Source: a virus (lineage: Duplodnaviria; Caudoviricetes). Taken from it: DNA of 64,000 nucleotides. The DNA lies in the IMG/VR virus record IMGVR_UViG_3300014204_000137, positions 1-64,000 of that record, one strand, 5' to 3'. Positions 17,948 through 27,987 of the stretch are shown piece by piece (position 1 is the stretch's first letter; every line of letters begins with the position of its first letter). The notes beneath the pieces are model-generated. The model was not told where the DNA came from. It worked only from the letters and a program-made list of their open reading frames with translations, and did no database searches. A program made the position numbers and the translations under genes.

Positions 17948-18379
17948 ATGTTAAAATTAATTTGGAAAGCTCAATTTAGTGATGGTTCAATACTTAATCA
18001 GTTTGACGATATTGAGCAAACAAAAGAGCATCTATTTAAAGAGGTATTAGAGAAGCAATCTCAACTGCTCCTCTTTTACCTCTTTAATACTTGCACCCAA
18101 AAAATATACTCGGTCAATCTTCCTCTAGGAGTCTTATCTGTAGGACAACCCTCTGAATTCGAATCTGACCAACTTCAACCTTCAGCACAAAATAGATTAA
18201 TATACTTTAGACGAATAGTGCGTGAATTGAGTATTGGTCCCAAAACCATTACAGTTAATTTAAACGAAGGTAAATTAAAACAAATTTCTTACTTCCTAGG
18301 ATTTCAGTATACAGACGAAAAAGGAAACCACAAAAAAGTAATTCAGATTTTTGAAAACGATAACATAACAATTTACTAA
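17948..18379 (+). CDS. Hypothetical tail-module protein
   Basis: ATG at 17948 behind ggagga; RLIYFRR..YFLGFQ. Confidence 0.6.
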   Translation: MLKLIWKAQFSDGSILNQFDDIEQTKEHLFKEVLEKQSQLLLFYLFNTCTQKIYSVNLPLGVLSVGQPSEFESDQLQPSAQNRLIYFRRIVRELSIGPKTITVNLNEGKLKQISYFLGFQYTDEKGNHKKVIQIFENDNITIY

Positions 18380-18390
18380 AGGAAACTAAA

Positions 18391-19413
18391 ATGGCAAACC
18401 AAGTTGATAATGACGTAAAAGTAATAGGTAATGAAAATATATACGGATGGGGGCAACAGCATATTTTAAGCATATCTACGGGTACTAGATTGTATACTTC
18501 CTTCATCAATGAATCGAATGAAGTAGAAGTACAATATTCTGCCGATGGTGGGGGTACGTGGACACCCGATACTTCTTTTGCAGAAACATCTCCATACTTC
18601 ATCAGTATGTGTCGCTCTGAGTTAGACGACATATTTGTCTCTTACGTTGCTAACGCTACAGGTACCAGAACTATGAAAGTTAAGAAAAGAGATCATACTT
18701 CAGGAGCATGGAGTGAAGTACTTAGTGGTACACAAGGAGGCACTTACCCACCACACCCACTCATCACCTATAACAGAGTACTAAATAGACTGCATTATTT
18801 CTGGCTATATGATACAGGAGTATACGTTTTTATAGAGAACAAATATTCAGACAACTATGGTTCTACATGGACGAGTGGTACTTTACGTACTCAGCATTCT
18901 GGTTTAGTAGATCATAAACTTTATGGAATAGATACCCATCCAGTAACGGGAAAAGTATATCTATTTTTACATACTACTAACTCTCTCTATTTTGTAGTAG
19001 AAAAATTTTCACCTGTAGGAGTTTGGGAAATTAGAGATCAAGCTGGACCAGATGCCATTACAAAAGCGGGCAGCTTTGTAATTGATTCACTAGGAAATAA
19101 CATTATATTTTATTCTAGGCTACAGGGAAGTAATTACTATTTAACTATATTAAAAGCGGGTGTATCCCAATCAGAAGTAGTTTATGGATCAACAAAAACA
19201 ATTTTAGAGGGAGCATGCGCAGTTGGAATAGACGGTTCTAACAACATTTACGCCTTCTATACTAAAACAGATAACAAACTCTACTATAAGAGTACGCTTA
19301 ATGGATATGTTGAAGCTGCGTTAACTGTTAATAATGGCGTACGAGCTAGTTGCGAGCAAAGATCATTACCTGCGTCTACAAAACTTAATTACATTTTTAG
19401 TAGTAACGTATAA
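18391..19413 (+). CDS. Asp-box (BNR) beta-propeller protein, candidate receptor-binding/sialidase-like
   Basis: YSADGGGTW, YSDNYGSTW Asp-boxes. Confidence 0.65.
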   Translation: MANQVDNDVKVIGNENIYGWGQQHILSISTGTRLYTSFINESNEVEVQYSADGGGTWTPDTSFAETSPYFISMCRSELDDIFVSYVANATGTRTMKVKKRDHTSGAWSEVLSGTQGGTYPPHPLITYNRVLNRLHYFWLYDTGVYVFIENKYSDNYGSTWTSGTLRTQHSGLVDHKLYGIDTHPVTGKVYLFLHTTNSLYFVVEKFSPVGVWEIRDQAGPDAITKAGSFVIDSLGNNIIFYSRLQGSNYYLTILKAGVSQSEVVYGSTKTILEGACAVGIDGSNNIYAFYTKTDNKLYYKSTLNGYVEAALTVNNGVRASCEQRSLPASTKLNYIFSSNV

Positions 19414-19430
19414 GAGAGCGAGCGAGATTT

Positions 19431-22400
19431 ATGGCTGAAATACTTTACCAGGATTTTTTAGTAGTCGTAGAGGGAGATCATAAACTCTACTCAGATTATC
19501 TTCCACCTCCAGTAGCTCACTCTATTAATTCGGATGCTCGTATATGGTCTCAACCTACAAACAGTATATCATGTGATGCTAAAATAATAGGTAGAACTCA
19601 AGAGACTATAGATTCCGATGCTCATATTAAAGGAGTAAACAGCAATTCAATAGATATGTCTGGGCATATTTACGGAACGTATAGCCAAGATATTTCTTCG
19701 GATGCAAACATATCTAATAGACAGACTGAAGATATTGATTTGGATGCATGGATAAATAACAAATCCATAACTATGGACGCATTAATATATGTACCTACCA
19801 ACAAATCAATTAATATGGATGGAGTAATTAGTGATTGTGTAGGTGGAGAAGATTTCTTAGATGATTACGTAGAAGTAGATCCTTCTGGTAGAGTTACTCT
19901 AACTCATCAAAAAACAATTTGGGCTACAACATCAACACAAAATGAATTCGTATATAGAGATTTTGGAGTAGACTACTTTAAGGGTTGTTTCGAATTTTGG
20001 GTAGAAGCTAAAGTAGATACCAACCTCCAATATATTCAAACAACACTTGTATCTTTATCAAATACTGTCGATCATTTTAGCGATTGTATTGATGCATTAG
20101 GAGTTTATTTAGGTGCAGGAATTTCTTACAGCGGCAGTAATCCGCCTATTACAATTAAAGAACGTTACCAAGGAAAAGAATATAGTGTTACTTGGCAGAT
20201 GAATCAATCTTGGGTAGGGATACCTTACTATTACAAAATTATTAGAGATGAGAGTGTAGGATTTTACGGACAAGGACAATTAAGTTTGCAAATTTATAGC
20301 GATTATGCTATGTCAGTATTAGTACATACATTAACTTTAGATTTACATAAAGCAGTTGATTATAGATACCTTTTTAGTTTGCAACCTTATGCTAGTGCAA
20401 CTTCTGGAGGATGCAGTGGATATATAAAATGCCTTAAATTATCTCCTACAACATTATTGCCTTCAGAGCACTTACCTCAAACTGCTGGTATATGGGAAGA
20501 TGGATTAGAAGATCTTTCAACTTATTGGAAAGTAGATCCAAACAACAGATGGTATCAACATAAACTATGCGTAGAAACTTTTTATTGTCCTACTACTGAT
20601 GATTCTTACGTCTACAAAGATTTTGGAGTAGGATATTTTAGTAGTTACTCAATAGACTTCAATTTTTATATAGACGATTTATTGAGTTGTAGAAATGATT
20701 ATCCTGCATTAGGATTGTGGGCTGTTACAAATTCGCCTGGTTCTTATTCTGATATGCTAGCAGGACATATGTTGACAATTTGGTGGCCAGAAGCTGGAGT
20801 ACTACAATTAAGAGATAAGGGGACAGGCCTTTACGCTAATTCCGCTCAAGGATTTTTAACAAGTCGTACTACATATTATGTACACATGGTTCGAAATGGT
20901 TTAGCAAATTTACGCTGTTATTTATATCACTCTGCTGAAGATAGACGAAGTGGTTCAAATCTATGGTTGATGTTAGAAGTAAATGGATGTCAGACTACAT
21001 TATGGCAATATATGCAGATAGGATTTACTCCAGAAAAAGCTACTTATTCTGATCCACCTTCTCATGTTAGTATAGAGGCAGTAAAAGTAAATCCTTCTGG
21101 AAATTTTGGAACTAGATTATGGGATACCGATAGAACTTTAGTAGGGAATACCACCTTCATAGATTCTTCAAATAATATACACACTGCATATTATTCAAAA
21201 GTATTTTCTAGTACTAGTTACGATTTACGTTATGCAGTTTCTACTGATGGAGGAGTTACATTTACAAACGGTGAAGGAGGTTCTAGTGGATCTTATAAAA
21301 CACTTCTTACATCTACTCAACCTTGGTCTGCTCCTTCAATAGTAGTAGATTCTACTGGAAAGATATTTGTATTTTTTATCAATTACGCACAAGAATTGTA
21401 CTTCCTTAAAAAATCAGGTACTTGGGATGCTGCTGTAAAAATTCATAGTTCACAAAAGAAGGTAAGAGCTGAAGTTGATAGTAACGACAATATAATTGTA
21501 GCGTCTTGTGGAGATAGTGTTGGATCAAACTTTTTAGCAGTACATACTAGTTCCGATTCAGGAGCTTCTTGGGTAGAGAATATTGATAGTAGTACACAAA
21601 CAGCTTACGTAGATATGTGTCCCAGTAACGACACTAATATGTGGATATTGCATCACAATAGTTCTTCATTCGCAGTACATAAATTAAGTCGTTCTACATG
21701 GCCATATGTATGGACACTAGAGGCAGAAGAAAATACTGGAAGTGTTTACAATATAGATAGTATGGCTATTTCTTGTGATAAGACTTCAGAGACTGTTTGG
21801 TTATTTAGAGCAGTACAACTATCAGACGTTGAAGTTTGGTCACTACAATATTGTAAACGAGTCGCAGGAGTCTGGGATACTTCTTGGACTACCATAGAAG
21901 AAAACACTGATGGATATTACGAAAATCTCACCGCAGTTAGAGCAGATGATGATAGAATATTTTTGATGTTTGGAGTTAATGGAACTAATATAATCTACTA
22001 CATTCCGTACGACAATGGATCATGGCATTCTAGAAGAGAGACTCAATTAGTAGGAAATTACGGATCTATACAGCAACCCAGATTAAAAGCTCTAGCAGAG
22101 AAATGTTTTTATTCTTACGTTCACGCATACGATGAAGGTTATTACATTAATTCTTTTGATTGCAACTACCAATTGGAATCCATAACTTCGGGAGGACATA
22201 TCAAAGCGGTTGCTTCTGCTGATATTAATTCTGCCGCTAGCATATGTACTACTAGAGGAATTTACGACATAGGTATGGCAGCAATCTTAAAAGGAACTCA
22301 TATAGAATTGGTATCTCAAGATGCTTTAATTATGAGAAGAGAGCATTCTGATATTCAAAATGATTGCACGATACGCGGATGGAAAGATTTCGAAGGAAGA

Positions 22401-24329
22401 GCGCGTCTTCAAAATAGTAGTCAGCAAGACTTTGAGACTCAATTTAAAGTTGACCAACCCATTCCAATAGTTCCAACACTCCTAGAAGGAGAAGATGTAG
22501 GTACAGGTGACGCAGTTTATTTACATTGGACGGATATGAGTAATTACGGATATAACATTTATAAGAAAGTAGGAGTGACTTGGGAGAAGCAAAATACAGC
22601 AGGAATTCATAGATTATTAAATTTCACAGCAGGTTCATTAACTGAAGGAGTTCCTTATACATTCACAGTAAGAGGTTGTAACGGTGTTGGAGATGAGAGT
22701 GTAAATTCAAACGAAGTTATCATTACACCTACATTTCAAAAAGATAGAACACCCTCATACAAAATTTATATTAACGGAAGTTGGAGACAGGATGCAATTC
22801 TAAAACAAGTAGAGTTAGTATACGGTCCATCCTTTTCATCGGCCACTTTTGAGCTATTAAAACCTGTTGCAAGTGCACCTAGCGAAAGCGATACTATTTA
22901 CGTAGAGATAAACAACAAGAGAGTCTTTACGGGAACTATTGTAACAAAGGACGACACATTAGAAGCGCAAAATCAATCCATAACTTATACTGCTGTTTGC
23001 GATCTATGGAAGTATACTTGGGATGTATGTGGACGTGACTTTAATACTACAGAAGATCAAGAAGCTGGATGGTATTGGTTTACTCAAGGAATTACTAACG
23101 CCATAGGAGTTCCTGGAGCGCCTATAAATAATTTTCCAGGTTCAGTAAGCATCAAGGATTCTACTAAATTAGACGCAATGGTTACCATTTTAGGATATTG
23201 TGGCAACTATAAAATTTATACTGATCCATACGGAAATGTCAGTTATTATCATATTGGTACTGGTTCAAACAGAACCCTAGAAGTTGGAAAACAAATTTTA
23301 GCTCAAAACATACGTACAGATATTTCAGATAAGGTTGACCAGGTTACTGTAATCAGAGAATGGTCTTATAGAGACGAACACTCTTTCTTTAGAACAAATT
23401 TAGACTTGGTATTATCACCTTCCAAACCAGGATATTATTACGTGGGATCTTGTTCAGGATATAGAATTGGTGATGTACGATTAGACGCTCAAGTAAGACC
23501 AGCTCCAGTAATTGAGTATTCAAATATAGAAGTGTTGCCAGGTCATTGTAGACCAAATGCTTCTGGTTCTTCTCCACTAACTACTTGGGTTGATGGTAGT
23601 ACTACACCTAAAGCAGTTGTAAAAACTATAACACCCGCTACTGAAAATTGGCAAGGCGTAAGTGCAGAAATAGTCTACAAAAATAGAGATTTAGCAGAAG
23701 TATATATTCCTTATGGAACTCAACTAGTAACAGATAAAATTAACACGCACACATATATTGCCACATTTTATACTAAGGATGGAGTAGCGGTAGAAGAGAC
23801 TGTAGAAGTTGCTGACGATATAGGATTTAATCCAGCGTTATTAAGAGTTACATATTCTGTAGAAAATAAAGTTTATCAGCAAAATAGTTTGGGTAGTGGT
23901 CCAATAAAAAGAACCTTCCATGACGATAATATTGATTCTGATATTGCTAGTAGAGCCAACGCCGAATACGAGAAACTAAGCAAGCCTACTAGTGGTGGAG
24001 AAATTTTAATACTTGGTGACGAAACTATCGATTTAAGAACTAGAGTTAATGGATATGACGTAATGAGAGTTACTCACGACTTCGGAGAAGGATTTACTAC
24101 TAGAATTAATTTAACGAACGAACCTTACTATAGAGGCGTTTTAAATAATGCACGTCAACAAGAGCAAAACAAGACTAAAGAAAAAGCAAAAGATACTCGC
24201 ACCACTCTTTTCATACAATACTTATCTGATAAGAAAGAAAGCTTTCTTTCAGGACTGTTGGGGGAGGATCCTAATGCACCAAAGAAAAATCCTAAAGAAA
24301 ATTTAGGTACTTCTTCATATAGTGATTAA
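19431..24329 (+). CDS. Large tail-tip protein (1632 aa): short beta repeats, two lectin-like domains, Asp-box propeller, FN3, hub-like C-terminus
   Basis: SINSDARI-type repeats; duplicated VYRDFGVDYF/VYKDFGVGYF; STDGGVTF, SSDSGASW; LHW..YGYNIY..YTFTVRGCNGVGDES; RVTHDF..GFTTRI. Confidence 0.7.
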   Translation: MAEILYQDFLVVVEGDHKLYSDYLPPPVAHSINSDARIWSQPTNSISCDAKIIGRTQETIDSDAHIKGVNSNSIDMSGHIYGTYSQDISSDANISNRQTEDIDLDAWINNKSITMDALIYVPTNKSINMDGVISDCVGGEDFLDDYVEVDPSGRVTLTHQKTIWATTSTQNEFVYRDFGVDYFKGCFEFWVEAKVDTNLQYIQTTLVSLSNTVDHFSDCIDALGVYLGAGISYSGSNPPITIKERYQGKEYSVTWQMNQSWVGIPYYYKIIRDESVGFYGQGQLSLQIYSDYAMSVLVHTLTLDLHKAVDYRYLFSLQPYASATSGGCSGYIKCLKLSPTTLLPSEHLPQTAGIWEDGLEDLSTYWKVDPNNRWYQHKLCVETFYCPTTDDSYVYKDFGVGYFSSYSIDFNFYIDDLLSCRNDYPALGLWAVTNSPGSYSDMLAGHMLTIWWPEAGVLQLRDKGTGLYANSAQGFLTSRTTYYVHMVRNGLANLRCYLYHSAEDRRSGSNLWLMLEVNGCQTTLWQYMQIGFTPEKATYSDPPSHVSIEAVKVNPSGNFGTRLWDTDRTLVGNTTFIDSSNNIHTAYYSKVFSSTSYDLRYAVSTDGGVTFTNGEGGSSGSYKTLLTSTQPWSAPSIVVDSTGKIFVFFINYAQELYFLKKSGTWDAAVKIHSSQKKVRAEVDSNDNIIVASCGDSVGSNFLAVHTSSDSGASWVENIDSSTQTAYVDMCPSNDTNMWILHHNSSSFAVHKLSRSTWPYVWTLEAEENTGSVYNIDSMAISCDKTSETVWLFRAVQLSDVEVWSLQYCKRVAGVWDTSWTTIEENTDGYYENLTAVRADDDRIFLMFGVNGTNIIYYIPYDNGSWHSRRETQLVGNYGSIQQPRLKALAEKCFYSYVHAYDEGYYINSFDCNYQLESITSGGHIKAVASADINSAASICTTRGIYDIGMAAILKGTHIELVSQDALIMRREHSDIQNDCTIRGWKDFEGRARLQNSSQQDFETQFKVDQPIPIVPTLLEGEDVGTGDAVYLHWTDMSNYGYNIYKKVGVTWEKQNTAGIHRLLNFTAGSLTEGVPYTFTVRGCNGVGDESVNSNEVIITPTFQKDRTPSYKIYINGSWRQDAILKQVELVYGPSFSSATFELLKPVASAPSESDTIYVEINNKRVFTGTIVTKDDTLEAQNQSITYTAVCDLWKYTWDVCGRDFNTTEDQEAGWYWFTQGITNAIGVPGAPINNFPGSVSIKDSTKLDAMVTILGYCGNYKIYTDPYGNVSYYHIGTGSNRTLEVGKQILAQNIRTDISDKVDQVTVIREWSYRDEHSFFRTNLDLVLSPSKPGYYYVGSCSGYRIGDVRLDAQVRPAPVIEYSNIEVLPGHCRPNASGSSPLTTWVDGSTTPKAVVKTITPATENWQGVSAEIVYKNRDLAEVYIPYGTQLVTDKINTHTYIATFYTKDGVAVEETVEVADDIGFNPALLRVTYSVENKVYQQNSLGSGPIKRTFHDDNIDSDIASRANAEYEKLSKPTSGGEILILGDETIDLRTRVNGYDVMRVTHDFGEGFTTRINLTNEPYYRGVLNNARQQEQNKTKEKAKDTRTTLFIQYLSDKKESFLSGLLGEDPNAPKKNPKENLGTSSYSD

Positions 24330-24337
24330 GGAGCAGC

Positions 24338-26413
24338 ATGTCCGATAGATGTCCAATATGTCATAGCTTATTTATTAATCCAGCAACTGGTCATAGAATG
24401 TGGACGGATGATCCAATTTTAACTATTCGTGGACAAGCGGGTGCGGAGTATAAAGGAAACACACCAGTAAGGATGCTCCACTTAAATGAAGTACGCAACA
24501 GAATTAATGAACTAGAAATTAATTTAGCTCTTCCCACAACTACGTGGAAAGAAGAAATTGAAAAAACAAAACCAGTAAGATTCTACCATATATTGGAAGC
24601 AAGAAAAGCAATAGAGAATATCTTGACTGCTTCCAACATGACCCTATATGACTATTTGAATTATGACGAAGAAGGAAATAAAATTTCTGGATCTGAAAAA
24701 ACAATTTGGACAGATCCAATACTCAATAGTAGAGTACCTGTTAGAGCTATACACATAGAAGAATTAAGATGTCCCTTAAGAGTAAGCCTACCTTGCGAGA
24801 TTTGGAATAGAGGATCAGATCCAGCAAGTTCAATACAGATTACAAACCTATTAGTTGCGGGTTGGTGCGATAGAGGAACTGTCAGTTGTTTTTCTGGACA
24901 AGGGGTACCTTGGGATGTATTTATAGAGGATGATAATTGCTGCTTAAAAGGACATAAGTATAACGACATATCATATAAGGTACCCGAAAAAGGTTGGTGC
25001 TATTCATTTCACGGAGATTGCATTATTGATTATTGGAATGCTGGAAAATTTCGAAGAGGAGTTAACTGCCACGAAATTTATAGACTTAACACTACATATA
25101 GAGTGGACATATTAGTAAAACCTCTAACGTCAGTTCGAACTCAACGCCTTTTAGATATGGGAAATTTTCGAATGGTTGAATTAACTTCAGATCCTACGTT
25201 AGTAGATGAGACATACGGGTATCCATGTCTTCTTGATATTTCTGACATGTCGTATATTGCTCAACCAAAAATAAAATCAGCAGGATTTTTAGAAGATGCA
25301 ATACTTACAGGAAATAGTTGTGAATTAACTAAACTCGTTTATAGCGGAGATAAGGTAGCATGGAAAAAAACTCAAAACGCTACTACTCAGAGGTCAATAG
25401 GAATTGAGGATCACTTTCATTCTAGAAATATTGATTATTGGGGCGCGTATATTGAGCCTCCTTTAGAACCTTGTGCAGTAGAAAAAATGGGTGGAGATAA
25501 ACAATTTGTATCTTCTTCAATACAAGGAATTAAATCAACAAATTCGCATTCAATATACGTTCCTGAAGATTGGTGTCTTAAAGCTACCGATACTATAGCA
25601 CAAAGAAAACAAAAACTTAAACCACATAAAATTAGAAAAGAATTTGAGTGGACGATGACTCAAAATAATGTAAAGTGGAATGTTAATTTATCAGGTATGC
25701 AATCCATATTAGGAATACCTACTACAGTAAATGATCCTTTTGATGACGCTGATTTTCAAGTTTGGTTTGGAGCAATTCATACTTATTCTGTGGGTAAAGC
25801 GACAGAAGGACATTTTCTTTTAGCAAAGGATGATGGAGTAGAATTTGTAGCAAAAGATAAAGATACTACTACCTTAGACATATTTTTAGATACTACAAAC
25901 TTAATTGTTCCTGCTTCTGATGTTATAGATATTTCTGTTAAGTTGACAATTAATGGAATAGAGTGGTTTAGAGTAGATGATTTAACTCCTTTTTCAAATA
26001 CTGATCATGTCTTTAAATGTGTTGGTGGTGTAATTACTTTTGCTGGGGGATTATTGGGAAATAGAAAAGGAGTAGCTACAAATGCAACACTAGACTACTA
26101 TTATAATCCAGTTCCGTTTAAATTTTACGCCAGTGGAAATATAGTAGTAACAGCACCCCAAAGTACTAAAGTATATATGATGCTAAACTACTACAACGTA
26201 CCTTACTCGTATTTAGAATACAGAAGTCCTATCAACTATTATTTGATGGAATTTTTATGGCCTGATAGATACTATTTGCGTACTTTGAGATCTGTGCATA
26301 CTGGACCTGGACCCGCTCCCGGAGCTAGCGGACCATTCGATTCTCAACTTTGTCTTCCATATGTAGCAACTGCATTACGACCTATGGCTATTAAAGATGA
26401 GGAGTATTCTTAA
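24338..26413 (+). CDS. Tail/baseplate-associated protein, Cys-rich
   Basis: Three PVR..H..E.R repeats; LTING.EW.RV motif near the C-terminus. Confidence 0.55.
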   Translation: MSDRCPICHSLFINPATGHRMWTDDPILTIRGQAGAEYKGNTPVRMLHLNEVRNRINELEINLALPTTTWKEEIEKTKPVRFYHILEARKAIENILTASNMTLYDYLNYDEEGNKISGSEKTIWTDPILNSRVPVRAIHIEELRCPLRVSLPCEIWNRGSDPASSIQITNLLVAGWCDRGTVSCFSGQGVPWDVFIEDDNCCLKGHKYNDISYKVPEKGWCYSFHGDCIIDYWNAGKFRRGVNCHEIYRLNTTYRVDILVKPLTSVRTQRLLDMGNFRMVELTSDPTLVDETYGYPCLLDISDMSYIAQPKIKSAGFLEDAILTGNSCELTKLVYSGDKVAWKKTQNATTQRSIGIEDHFHSRNIDYWGAYIEPPLEPCAVEKMGGDKQFVSSSIQGIKSTNSHSIYVPEDWCLKATDTIAQRKQKLKPHKIRKEFEWTMTQNNVKWNVNLSGMQSILGIPTTVNDPFDDADFQVWFGAIHTYSVGKATEGHFLLAKDDGVEFVAKDKDTTTLDIFLDTTNLIVPASDVIDISVKLTINGIEWFRVDDLTPFSNTDHVFKCVGGVITFAGGLLGNRKGVATNATLDYYYNPVPFKFYASGNIVVTAPQSTKVYMMLNYYNVPYSYLEYRSPINYYLMEFLWPDRYYLRTLRSVHTGPGPAPGASGPFDSQLCLPYVATALRPMAIKDEEYS

Positions 26414-26414
26414 T

Positions 26415-26446
26415 TAAAGTTTTACTAATAACATCTGTTTTTATAT
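26415..26446 (+). promoter_or_regulatory. Putative late promoter
   Basis: TAAAGT (26415) ... TGTTTTTATAT (26436-26446), then RBS aggagg. Confidence 0.6.
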
Positions 26447-26459
26447 TAGGAGGAAAGAA

Positions 26460-27221
26460 ATGATTTATAAATTTTCAGTAGGAAAAGCAACTCTAACATC
26501 TCTACAAACTGGTTACGTGAAAGTAGTTGACGTAGCTACTTCCATAGAGTTTAATTATGACATGACTACTATAAAGGAAGTAGGACCCGATGGAATACCT
26601 ACTGATGAGATTAAGGATGAAGAGAAAATCACTCTTTCTTTTGAATTTACTGATGACGTAGATACTGCTTTAATCGCAGGACAGACGTATGACATAGTTT
26701 TAACTCCTGGAGTAGAAGGAGGAGGAATATCTCTATCGTTAGAGAATTGTCGTCTAACAAATTATAATGTACGTACCTCTCAAAACAATTTCGTAGCAAT
26801 ACGAGTAAGCTTTTCAAAAGTAGGTCCTATAGATTCAGGAACAGCTACAAAACAGCAAATTGCTTTTGGTGGAGTAGCCTTAGGCGATTCTGCTTATCTA
26901 GTTCCTTCATATCAAGGAAACGTTATCAATAGAATTATCCCTACTGCGTTAGGAACAATCTTTCAAACGACTGGACAAACTGGTGGAGGATTAACAACCA
27001 TAAAAGTAAAAGCCAGAGTCAAAAAATCTACCCGCTTAGAATTAGAGCAATACGTAACAAACCTATTTAGTATACTGAGTACAAGTAAAGCCAGTCTAGT
27101 AGTTTCTCAAGGAGTAACCTCTTATACTTTAACAAACTGCATTTACGTAAATGGTAGTATGCATGACATATATAAAAATTACGTAGAGATGGAATTCGAA
27201 TTCCAACGTTCTTCCTATTAA
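26460..27221 (+). CDS. Tail-tube paralog with a second beta domain (Dit/tube-initiator-like)
   Basis: N-terminal half aligns with 13601..13969 (YKFSVGK; G.EGGG; Y.V...Q..FV). Confidence 0.65.
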   Translation: MIYKFSVGKATLTSLQTGYVKVVDVATSIEFNYDMTTIKEVGPDGIPTDEIKDEEKITLSFEFTDDVDTALIAGQTYDIVLTPGVEGGGISLSLENCRLTNYNVRTSQNNFVAIRVSFSKVGPIDSGTATKQQIAFGGVALGDSAYLVPSYQGNVINRIIPTALGTIFQTTGQTGGGLTTIKVKARVKKSTRLELEQYVTNLFSILSTSKASLVVSQGVTSYTLTNCIYVNGSMHDIYKNYVEMEFEFQRSSY

Positions 27222-27336
27222 TCAGCAGTCTTCCACAGCGTTTCTATATATAAAATAACCACTTCCGCACTATATCCACATCTATAAGCAGTCCAAAATT
27301 ATCATCCTTTAAAACCAATTATTTTTATTTTTGCTC

Positions 27337-27365
27337 TTGATTTTTTGAAAGAAGTAACATATAAT
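27337..27365 (+). promoter_or_regulatory. Sigma70-type early promoter
   Basis: TTGATT-17 nt-TATAAT with T-rich UP element. Confidence 0.85.
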
Positions 27366-27405
27366 TATATTGTAGAGAAGAAAGAGTAAACAAAGGAGAA
27401 CTCAA

Positions 27406-27669
27406 ATGAACAAGCAAATTAAGAAAGAAAAAGAGAAGTCATTATACGCTTGGACGTGGGGTGGAGATGGATATAATCAGACTTACGCTTATTCGAAAGC
27501 GGAGGCGTTAGCAAATGCAAAAAAATGTAGTGAGGAATTGTTTCCTACTATAGCAAATTTTAGGAAGGTAGGAGTGAGTGGATCTAAAGCAGTGGAAACG
27601 TTTTGGAAACAATATCCAATAATGGTTTGTCTGGTATGCGAAGGGAAAGAACTACATAGAACTTACTAG
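27406..27669 (+). CDS. Hypothetical early protein
   Basis: RBS aggag; first gene after the promoter. Confidence 0.7.
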   Translation: MNKQIKKEKEKSLYAWTWGGDGYNQTYAYSKAEALANAKKCSEELFPTIANFRKVGVSGSKAVETFWKQYPIMVCLVCEGKELHRTY

Positions 27670-27790
27670 AAAGTTTAGGTTCTATTGGTTTTACGATCAG
27701 TGGAATAATTTAGAGGTTGCAGTCGGCTTTCTCCGAGCAGGAATTGGTAGCAAGACTTTAAAAGAAGCAAAAGAGATAGTGGGGTGGTAA

Positions 27791-27961
27791 ATGAAGTGTC
27801 AATTTGAGCATCACGAAGAGTACGGAAAAGAACTTACGTGTGAAAAATGTAGAGGTCCGTTAACGTGTGGACCATTTATGCATTCTTGTGAAAAATGCAA
27901 TCCAGAGGATTTTAAACCTTGTAGAGTATGCGGTGCACGAGTAATAGATTGCTGTTGCTGA
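27791..27961 (+). CDS. Small Cys-rich (Zn-finger) protein, not in the ORF track
   Basis: MKCQFEHHEEYGKELTCEKCRGP...CEKC...CRVC...DCCC, 56 aa. Confidence 0.6.
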   Translation: MKCQFEHHEEYGKELTCEKCRGPLTCGPFMHSCEKCNPEDFKPCRVCGARVIDCCC

Positions 27962-27969
27962 GTGATAAT
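27960..27969 (+). promoter_or_regulatory. GAGN(T/G)ATAAT motif, putative middle promoter (first of 8 copies)
   Basis: Copies at 27960, 31129, 35406, 41899, 45195, 45635, 52373, 62826, all at gene boundaries. Confidence 0.55.
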
Positions 27970-27987
27970 TTATAAGAGGAGTCATAA

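Noticed and set aside
18391-26413. Diversity-generating retroelement acting on tail genes
   Set aside because: No reverse transcriptase and no template/variable repeat pair differing at adenines was seen
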